From: Ylistrum balloti
Lineage: Eukaryota
Direction of reading: 5' to 3'
Assembly (NCBI RefSeq): GCF_031769215.1
Contig: NW_026782226.1
Location: 248,001-312,000 of the forward strand
Length of the DNA stretch: 64,000 nt
Shown here: positions 10,939 to 21,134 of the stretch, piece by piece
Position numbering within the stretch: the stretch's first letter is position 1
How the letters are laid out: the number at the start of each line of letters is the position of its first letter
Translations under genes and position numbers: made by a program
Notes under the pieces: generated by a model
Databases searched by the model: none
The model's input: only the letters and a program-made list of their open reading frames with translations
What the model was told of the DNA's origin: nothing

Positions 10939-13900
10939 TTAGCGGCACTGTGGTGCTACATGTACAATTTTCCTCCTCTGTCCAGTGTGTGGTTTATTCT
11001 GGTGACAGTTAACTCTCTTTTGTTTAGTGTAGATCCTTCTCTCGCTCTCATAGGGAGGAATCACATAGTCTGCTTCAAAGTTCTCATCATAGTCATCTCT
11101 ACAATTTACAATGTGAAATTTGAATTAATAAATCAATTTATAAGTTTTTGCACAAGATGACTAAATCATTTTTCATTTTTAAGAAGAATAGTTGTAAAAT
11201 CTGATTGCTTCTAATTTCTGTCTACAGTGAACAATTACTATGTCCATTAATAACATAAACAAGAGTTCCTCGGAACTCTATGTGTTGCCTGCATAAAGTG
11301 TCACGGTCACCCAGAAATCAAACTGGATGTGCAACGTTCAACCATAAAGTTGTAATACCAAATTCTATTTTTATAACTCGAAGCATAAAGGGAAAACTGC
11401 GCAAAGCAATATTCCTGAGAAATATTCCAAGTTTAAAGGGACATATCACTGCCAAGAAGGATAACAGACTGCCAAGAAGCGAACTCAGTGTGTAACTTTT
11501 GACCAATAACACATATACAAAATTGCATTTTGATAACTCAAAGCATGACCAAGAAAATTCCAGAAAACAATATTCCGAAAGAATTGAACAAAAAACCATA
11601 TTCTCGAAGAATATTCGAAAATGGCATAACTCTGCAAAGAAGGGTCACAGACAGCCAAGAATCAAACTTAATCTGCACCCATCCAACTAGAAGCCATACC
11701 AAATTTCATTGCTATAACTCAAAGCATAACCTAAGAAAGTCCAGAAAACAATATTCCCAGAGAATTTTCTAAGTTCAAAGGGGCATAACTCTGCCAAGAA
11801 GGGTTACAGGCAGCCAGGAATCAAACTTAATCTGTACCCTTCCAACAAGAAGCCATATACTAAATTTCATTTTGATAACTCAAAGCATAACCGAAAAAAG
11901 TTTCGTACGGACGCCGCCGACGGACAAAGTGATCCCTAAGTGTCCGCCAGCTCTGCAAGGCAACACATTAATACTTCTATCTGCTTTCCCCATGCCAAAT
12001 TTCACCACGGAAAGATAAACTAGTCATTGACAAAATAAGATAACATACCTGCTGGAAAACAGTTGAGTTAGGACACAACTTGCTTGGAAATCTGGAAAGA
12101 AAATGTTTATTGGTGAACAAATAAGTAGATAATTTTATACATTTTGCTGATAATGTTTTATGATGATAGAGATATAGAGATTTTCAAAACAATTATTTAG
12201 TTTGAAGAAATGCACAAAATTTGTCCATTCACAGCCTGAGCATACATTCATATTCTCAAAATCATTGCAGAAACACAAGATGTTCCTTAACTACCCTATC
12301 AAGCTCAATAATTACATGTATGTATTACCGTCTAAATTCAAAGGGCCATAACTCTGTAAACAACGTCAATGTGACACTAAAACTATAGAGACACACACCA
12401 AATGGCAGGTCTTATATTTTGTCACTGGAATAAAATTAACATGAAATTGGACCTGCAGAAGAGGAATCCTATGACCTTCCACTCCCCACAAATACCAAAC
12501 TAAACAATACTAATATCTTACTGTCAATATACACAGGCATGGGGTCGAGTGTGGGTAATGGCAGAATCACTAATTCCTTGGAAATCTCTCCATCACTTTC
12601 TTCTTCCCACAGTGGGTGCTCACTCAACTCATCAGCAACATCTATGTCACTTCCTTCCTTATCCAGTTCCTTCATCACAATATCTAAGGTAACCTCGCCA
12701 TCACTTTCTTCCTCTCGATTCAATGGAAAGTCTAGCACCTCAGAAATGCTGCTTACACTTGTCTCTTTCCTTTTCTTTGTTCTTCGTTCTAAGATGGAAA
12801 AAATAATTTACTAATTGTCTTAATTACCAATAAAACCTAAAAGGACGGTTGAACAAGAATTAGTCTCATTTCTCCTGAAAAGTATGTTTGATTTTTAAAA
12901 ATCTCGTTTCTGATTGGCTCATCGGGCAGTTTTATAAATGTTGGCAGTCCAATAAAAGGGAAGGGATTTGAAATATAGAAAGTGCAGAGAAGACATGCTC
13001 AAAAAAAACTTTGTTGATCAATCTATGATTGAAAGAAAAGCAACAAAATAAATATAAAAATTTTACTTACTTTCTGCCCTTTCATGATCACAGGAATCCA
13101 CATAAGCCTGAACGTCCTCCCTGGGAAGACGAAAGACTTTCTTCTTCCTCCTCCTTTCTTCCTGGACTGTCTGAGCTTGAATTTTCTCCTGACAATCATG
13201 TTGGGAGACAATAGTCACATCACTCTTCTCACTAGGGTTCCTGTGTTTTCGGTTTCGGTTGGCGTCCTTTGTTTTTTCTTGAAGGACAATTTTACCATCA
13301 GATTTTGTTGTTTTGACATCAGGTCTGACATCATCGTTGACGAGTTTGACATCAGATTTGACCACTTTGACAGTTTTGACTTTAGCCTTGGCGGTTTGGA
13401 TATCTGCTTTAACGGTTTTGACATTGCTTTTGAGTGCATTCACATCGAATCTGAGTGTTTTGACATCGGTTTCGAGTGATTTGAAATTGTTGTCGACCAT
13501 CTTGACATTGGCCTGGACTGTTTTGACATTGTTGTCGACCATCTTGACATTGGCCTGGACTGTTTTGACATTGTTGTCGACCATCTTGACATTGGCCTGG
13601 ACTGTTTTGAAGATTTTGACATCAGTTTGTCGTTTTTTCTTTGGTTTGATAGAGACTTCCTCCTCCTCGTGTTTGTTACGATGAGAGTCCATAAATTCTT
13701 CAAGTCGTGCAGCGAAGATTTCCAAATTCTTCTCAAATCTCAATCTCTCGGCCCGGTATATTTCCTTTACTTTGGCGTAGGAATCATCTCCATCCGTGTC
13801 ACTTTCACTACAGCTTCTTAATGTTCTCTTAGGTTTCTCCACTTTATTTTTTGTTACACGAGTGGACTTCTTGGATGAATGTTTGGACATTTTCAAAACA

Positions 13901-16900
13901 GTTGCAGGTTTACATTCAGACTTTTTCTCATCAGACTTCGGTTGATGTTTAGACTTTTCAGCATCTGTTGTCTCCCAGGAAGTTTTCTTTAGCTCTACAA
14001 GAAATTATATCAAATATATTGTATATATAAAAACCAATAGAAACTGGTCTTCAGAGATCATGACAGTCCTGTCTTTTTAATACAATATGTATTTAAGATT
14101 GTTTCACTTTCATTTAGCATCAACATACCTTACAGTTTTGAATTGTAATGCAAGAAAACAAATTTTATTTTATTCCCAAATATCTATAAAATTGTGATGA
14201 AATTTTAATAAAACTTAATCTTTAAGTGCAGATTTATCAACTATATTGTTATTACTACAAAGAAGAGTTAAAGTAGAGACCTCTCATATATCCCTAGTTA
14301 AAGTATTACCTTTTGCCTTCATGTAATACCCTGCCACGTGGAGTACGGAAGCCTGTTATACAATGAAAACAACATCACTAATCAGCACACAGACCCAAAA
14401 GTCATAATTAAATTATGTTAGGTATTGCAAGAGTATTTATTCTTAAAGTTCAACAAAATATCAAATGTGGTCATACATGTAATACTACATTGTATGTGGA
14501 CATTCTATCTGCCAAATTACTACAAATTATGATATGGGCAATTATGTTCTCGTGTTTACTTAATTACTAAACAGTTTAAACAGCACAGGTTTCTCTATCA
14601 AACAATTTTCCCCTATTTGTAGCACCGTTTTCCTTTCTACGTTATTCTTGTATATACTTGCCTCATAGATTTCTCTTCGGAGGTTCTGGAGAGCTGGAAA
14701 TGATTGATAATTTTAATTTTAAATGGTGTATAATATACTCAACAGAAATTATCAACTAAACACAGAACAAAGTCCACTCATTTGTAACAAAATGAAGGGA
14801 AAAAGTACGATGTGTGAAGATAGCACTAAACAAGATGATAGATGATGAGATGTGGGACAAGGGAGGTAAGCTATATTACAGTTCAGCCAGGGGAGCTAAC
14901 CTGATTCCTCATTGGTGCCAAGTCAATTGCGAGAAAAAATAAGAAGAAATACTAACCCTGTTGTCTCTTTCGGATATTATCTTCAATTCTTTCAAAACTC
15001 AAATCCACCTTTTCGGTAGCAACGAAAGGCTGAAATAAATCCAAAAAATAATTATTGATAAAGTTGATAAGTTCTATCCAGGTGACTTTTTCTAGTCAAT
15101 ATTAACATGATAAAAATTATCCGTTAATTTATCAACAACATCAACATTCTATTGATTAGTCATTCAAGTTTTCCTCAGCTTGGTTTGGGGTTTCTTTCCA
15201 AAACACACAGACAAACACACACATCTTCATAAATGATTAGTAGTAATCATAATCTATTGTAAATCCATAAATTTCATTTCTATAAATTGAATGTAATTAG
15301 CTGATTTACCTTTATGATAAAGTCTCGCTTAAAATCATCTAGTTCTGTAAAATAAATAAATTAATTAATTAATAAAACATATCACAAAAAACTTTAAAAT
15401 TCAATTAATGAAATAAAAGTAAAATGCATAGTTATGAACATTACAATGTTGACCATTTACCTAACACATTCATATAGATGCAGTTTTATTACTTGATATA
15501 CTCAGTTATATTTGTATGTATTCTAGGTATTTTGATATTACAGTGCAAATAAAAAAGGATAAAAATATATACAAACGATATACATAACATCTTTTTCTTG
15601 GCTAAATACTGTAACATTTAATTACCATACATCTTTTGAAGAGATTGTCGGTTCAGTTCTTTGAGTTCATATTCTTCTTCCTTTGTAGGTCCACTGGACT
15701 AAAAATTTAAGTAAAAATAATGAAAAATAAAGCAAAAATAGAAAATATTGGTAGTTTCTGTAACTCTCACTTTTTACGGGATGCTAAGCATTCCTAATTT
15801 CCTGTAGATATCATAGTATTGCTATCCGTTTATACTGACCAATGAACTTGAATATTAAGACACAGTGATACAGTTAGAACTAATCACTTTTGAACTCTGG
15901 GTTTTTAAAGGAAAAAAATTCTATAGATGGTGCGTATGAGCGAGGGTGTGTGTTTGTAAATTGTATACTTACTGGACAAATATTCTGTGCTCTCCTTCTG
16001 AGATCTAAAAGGAGTGAAATAAAACAAGTCATCAACTACCAAATATACAGGTAGGATCATTGACAGCCAGCATTGCATATTTTTTCATTTATCTATTTAT
16101 TTATTCATTTTTTGGTGATTTTTCAGATGCACATTATTGACTTACATATTTACTATTGATTACTTATGGCGATGGTCCTTTAGTTTACTTCACTTTCATA
16201 TCATATGTATTTATTAAGTCTTTTTTTTTAACACTGGTTCTTATACTTATATAATCATAGCAGCCAAATCATAAAAAATAAAATTGTAATGGATACCTAT
16301 AATACAACTAGTCTAAATTAAGGATACATGTACTTTTGAATAAAGGGTTTTGATTTCAATATACATTTTAACTTCATGACATCTTCTACACACTTTTCAG
16401 ATTAGCTGTTAAAACATTTTCTGTGCAGTTCTTCAACTTACTTCGCCTTGACTGTTTTAAATCCTCCTCTGCCGCCATCAATTTTGCTATTTCATTATCA
16501 ATGTGAACGTTGGGCTGTAATGAAATAAAAATCTGTTAAACATATGTAGGCTGTGAATTCTATAGAATAGAGTGAAACTGGTAAATCAAAATAAAGAATT
16601 CAATGCAGAGGGTCTTTGATTTCGACACTCAACTGGAACATTTTTGTCTGATTTATCTTTCACCATAACATCACTTACTCATCAAATCCTACTTGTGTAT
16701 TAAAATACAAGTAAAAAGATATATCTTAATATATACAAAGTATGCATGCTATTTTCTTCCTTTCTCTTTCTTTCTTTTAACGGTAGCACTACTTCATTCC
16801 ATGATCTTACCTTGAGAGTATTTATCTCTCTTCTGTAGCCATCATACACTAGATAAAACAAAATATAAAATGATACTGAAACACGAAAATAAGTGAAAGA

Positions 16901-17540
16901 TTGCTGAGACATGAGATATAAAAGATATACAGGCATCTAAGTATTAAAAGTCGGAACATCAAATGATTTATGAAAATCTTTTCTGAAAATATTTCCTGTA
17001 AAAATTGGAAGTAAGGTGTTGATATAACTTACAACAATCACCAAGTTTTCGGGAGATCTCCTTTAACTCTTTCTTCACTTCTGGAGTAGGGACATATTTC
17101 TGTAGTTAAAACGGGACATAGATTAAGTCGTGGGACATCGAATAAAAGTATTTTCATATTATCGAACTGTATATGATTGTTATTACGATCATACGGTTTA
17201 TCTTCAATTTAGGCAAAAGTAAAAAAAAATCTATATATATTTACCCGCATGTAATCGTAATCATATTCACTCCTCACCACCTTGACGGTATCTGGAATCG
17301 GAAAAGGGATTTATACAAACAAAAGTTCATCTGTATAATGTACAGATGCTTCCTTAATGGAAAGCATTTAAGAGTCACCCATTACAACTTCTTCACCAAC
17401 AATCTGTAGCGAATTCATTTCATTAAAGATTATATATCGTTATGTCGTCAATACGTGTAGATACATTAATAGAAAAACTACTTACCATCCGCAAAGGACA
17501 TGATACTTGGAACTCCTAACTTATACTGTGAAGTATCCAT
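10939..17540 (-). CDS. Orphan short-exon gene, copy B: 15 coding exons, about 642 aa; N-terminal charged region, Lys/Ser-rich region with heptad repeats, acidic C-terminal region
   Basis: Exons 17540-17486, 17291-17278, 17099-17033, 16848-16811, 16514-16442, 16004-15973, 15698-15626, 15344-15310, 15029-14957, 14693-14662, 14352-14310, 13994-13071, 12788-12522, 12091-12049, 11098-10939 sum to 1929 nt (643 codons including TAA) with all phases compatible. They include track ORFs 13063-13896 and 12469-12738. The last three exons rest on phase compatibility only. Confidence 0.8.
11257..11965 (-). mobile_element. HINE-like repeat with about 160-180-bp internal tandem units, in the last intron of copy B
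   Basis: Starts aacaagag (reverse complement of the ctcttgtt 3' end); recurrent gataactcaaagcat and aagggtcacagacagccaagaatcaaacttaatctg blocks; cgtacggacgccgccgacggac microsatellite-like end. Confidence 0.6.
13487..13610 (-). repeat. Three near-perfect 42-bp coding tandem repeats (KTVQANVKMVDNNV x3) in exon 12 of copy B
   Basis: Unit ttgttgtcgaccatcttgacattggcctggactgttttgaca at 13487, 13529 and 13571. Confidence 0.95.
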
Positions 17541-17607
17541 AAAGATTTACGAAAGAACGCATGTTTTCTTATGCTGACACAACTTCGTATCTAAGCGCCG
17601 CGATAAC

Positions 17608-17655
17608 TCACGTGACATAGAACAATATAGTCACGTGATTGATAAAATCACGTGA
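17608..17655. promoter_or_regulatory. Triple TCACGTGA E-box cluster upstream of copy B
   Basis: tcacgtga at 17608, 17631 and 17648; spacing identical to copy A, while similarity between the copies ends shortly upstream of the cluster. Confidence 0.7.
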
Positions 17656-17804
17656 GGGGCGAATTCGATTCCGACACAATATTTTTTTCTAGTTGTTATG
17701 TTTAGAATAAGATTGTTAGAATATTTCTAAATGTGTGCACATTTAAACTGACTCAAAGAAATGACTTTTAAATTAAGCTTTTTTGAATCCCTATATCCCG
17801 ATCT

Positions 17805-17824
17805 GTGTGTGTGTGTGTGTGTGT
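17805..17824 (+). repeat. (GT)n microsatellite
   Basis: gtgtgtgtgtgtgtgtgtg seen directly. Confidence 0.9.
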
Positions 17825-18110
17825 ATACGTTGATATGTCATCCAAATGAGACTATAACTTGATGATTTATGACTTACCAAAGGTTAGTTGAAAAATCTGC
17901 TTGTTGAACAAACGGAGCATGATTAACAACGTCGATTTATTTGCCAGGCCACAATTTTAAGGATTGCATGAAAGAAAATGCCTTGAGGAAACCTGAAGTC
18001 CACACTCGTGTTTTTTTTGTTCTTTTTGTTTGTTTGTTTTGTTTTCTAACATTCATTTGAAAGTTGAAAGTGAATGTTGAATGACGTCTTCATATTTCTA
18101 TATATCTGGT

Positions 18111-18287
18111 CAGAGGCGTAGCAATTATGTATGCTTGTATGCTTAAACATACACTCGAATTCCATTGAGATATATTTGCCCTACTTTTTTTAACCTTACT
18201 GCGCCCCTAGACCCCCTTAACCGGGGCTTCGCCCTTGGATCCTCTCTTGAAAGCATACACTCTTAAAAATGTTTTGCTACGCCACTG
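18111..18287. mobile_element. 177-bp MITE with 14-bp TIRs and a 5-bp TSD
   Basis: Left end CAGAGGCGTAGCAA; right end TTGCTACGCCACTG (reverse complement CAGTGGCGTAGCAA, 13/14 match); ctggt flanks both sides (18106-18110, 18288-18292). Confidence 0.8.
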
Positions 18288-21134
18288 CTGGTATCTTAAA
18301 TTCCTTAGAATAGCTGGACAATGATACGTATATCAGTACCAGAGAGAGTTAAAGAATTATAGACTTTCGTTGCAACTTGCAGAATTCAGCAGAGTGTGGA
18401 ATTCGGTCCTGTACTAGTATCGTGGTATGTATAGACTGTACTGGCTGAGGGTATACTACATAAGTTCACTGTCGTATGTCTATGTTTGAATTGTACTGTG
18501 TCGGCTGTTTTTTGTTTTATGACAAGACATTTATTGTTATATATTTCAACTTGAATATCAACAGCTAAAGTAGTTTTTGAAAGTTTCTCCAGATCTTCAG
18601 TTTATTTCATAGCGTATCCATTTACGTGTTCGGTTTTAAGATCAACCAATAAAACTTCATATGGACAGGAAAGTGACCGGTTTATTTGTCTTATGGGCGA
18701 TTCCAATATCATCTTTGATATTGTAGGCCGTGCGATATCATGTGATATTGTTTGAACAGCTTGATCAAAATGCTGCGACCGTCAAGCAGATTGCCATACT
18801 CACTGATATCCAATTCAGATTGGTGTCAACAGAGACATATATAACACATGTACGTCTCTTGTGTCAGCAAAGATTTGTTGTTATACACAATATTTATTTT
18901 ATATGCAGCATCGCTAACTTAGATTATCCAACCAATGTTGTTTTCCTATTGTTTAAACCACGCCCCAAAATAGGCTTCTCCTGTCAATTAAACTGGTGTG
19001 ATACCGTATACCGTATCATGAGCCGACATCCACTCAATACTCGTAAGAGATTTTAATGGACGTTGAGCATGCGTGAGATTGTAAATTTTCTTTCCAAAAT
19101 CGTATCGTCCGTTTGCTCAAAAATTCCAAAGTTTGAACGAAAAGGCAGAGTTCAATACTCATCGAAAAAAGCAAACAATGTTATGGCGAAGACAGAATAG
19201 AAGCAGTTTTTAAATAATCGCTTTAATATCCTTCTTACGACGGAAAAAAAAATGTTATTATGGTTTGTAAGTAATTAGATTAAAGCAGGTACAGTTCAAG
19301 ATATAAGGACCTTGTATGAGTGATATCGTGTAATTATACTGAACTTGTTTCACAAGACTTTTCCCCCTTCAATATTCAACACGTCCACACTATTTTGTTG
19401 TATGGGGGTGTACATGTACATATGTCTTACGACTCAAACCTCACTTTAGTAGAACTAATGTTACTTGTACTGACTATACCCAGCAGCGCTTACATACAAC
19501 AAAGACATCAACATTCTATTCATATCAAAGTATATGGATTTTTTTTAAAAATTTTCATTTAGTTTTGGTATGAAGATATCTGTCACAGAAAAAGAAAGAA
19601 ACCGCGCGACTTTGCTGATAAAAAATATAATCTTCATTCCCGTTGAATGTCGGAACCCATTGCTTTGTCTTGAATTTGTTTACATTGATGTTGAAATGTG
19701 CGATTTCTTTGTCAGAGATAATCCGTCTCTTCTGAAAATAACTGCAGTGTTGTCGGATTGACACAATTTATGCATCGCAATTTAAAATGGAGATGATACA
19801 TGTATACAGAAGTCTTGTTCACACAAGGATCAATGGGAGGTATATTGTCTAATAATTGTTATATTTTTAATAGAGTGGAACAAATGTATACAAATTAACC
19901 AAAGCCTTCCTAAGCCAGTTTGTTTGTTTGTTTTAAATTACATCGTATGTAGAACAATTAAAATAAACCAATTGATAGCAAAGTCAGTTGAATTGAAAAA
20001 ATTGCATAAATCTGAAATTAAAATCGATTCATGAATAAAGCACATGGACTATAACAAGAATGATCGTTTTGAAATATCATGGCATTACATTTTACTTGTG
20101 TTTGTTTCTATCATGTACGTTTTTAATCCCGCAATCAGTGACGATGGCATCTTACAACAAGGACAAAAGTCTTGTGAAATAAATTTCCATATCAATATAT
20201 AGTTGTAGTCGGAAATTATCTCCCTTGAAATTGGAGCTCTTCCTGTCGATATTGCAAGTTATCGACCTCGATTTTTCGGAGAAATTGTTTTTATTTTCAA
20301 GGCCACTTCTCAGAATCTCTATTACAAACTGGATGTTTTTCTTTGAATATTTGGTCATTGTTTAATTACGTAATCTTCTTGCAATATAACGAAAATCGTC
20401 CGTACTGACAGCAATGTAAGGTACTAGGGTACCCAACTTATCAATAGGAAATACCACACCGTCCTGCTTATTCTATAAAAAACATGTTGATCTTCGGAAC
20501 CAATCGTCTATTACAAATAGGATAACGTCATTGAGACCTTGACGCCCTTGACCAATGAAAAATCGGATATAAAAAGACAGGAGTTCCGCCGTTTTTTAAA
20601 GGATTTCCCGGCTATTTTTCGAAACGGTGTTGACGCAATTTTCTACCTGAGTATTCTGCACTGCGCCTGAAATTTATACTTCTCAGCTTAAGTACAAAGA
20701 CGTGATAAAAGACCATTAAACCATTAATTTTTGCAATCAAAATTTATTTGAAAAAATAACGTGCTGCTTTGCACTGATAACAAAAACAATAATAATAATA
20801 AATGAAAAATAGGAATAAAATATAACAGAAAAAGGTGATTACATGTTTAAAGCAATTATAAAATTACATACATGTATAAACCAAGATCCAAGTGAGATAA
20901 ACAAATCTATGCATGCATTTGCATGTTAAACTTCAACAAAAACTTCATTTCAGTACATGTATTTAATGCAGTCATATATTTCACTTTCATATTAATTGAA
21001 TGCCTTTTTTTTATATCTGCAGGTATATCATTTTTACATCAACAAATAACTGGCAGTTACACAACCTCAATACAATATAGATTGGATTTTACTTAAGAAA
21101 GCATGCTGCATTTTTAATAGATACACACAGAAAA

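Noticed and set aside
11280-11772. Overlapping ORFs of 63-93 aa in both directions
   Set aside because: They lie within a HINE-like tandem repeat inside an intron.
12340-12405. Alternative acceptor ttattccag at about 12405 as the exon after 12522
   Set aside because: It gives a stop after about 19 codons, whereas 12091-12049 followed by 11098 keeps the frame open; cannot be excluded as a minor isoform.
13084-13821. Plus-strand ORFs 13084-13479, 13313-13684 and 13627-13821, and alternative minus frames 13215-13439 and 13440-13736
   Set aside because: Shadow ORFs of the repetitive coding exon 13994-13071; only one frame is compatible with the flanking splice phases.
19555-19764. 69-aa minus ORF as an exon of a third gene in the RAG-like unit
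   Set aside because: No recognisable motif, and the phase does not join the 20358-20152 ORF into a longer frame.
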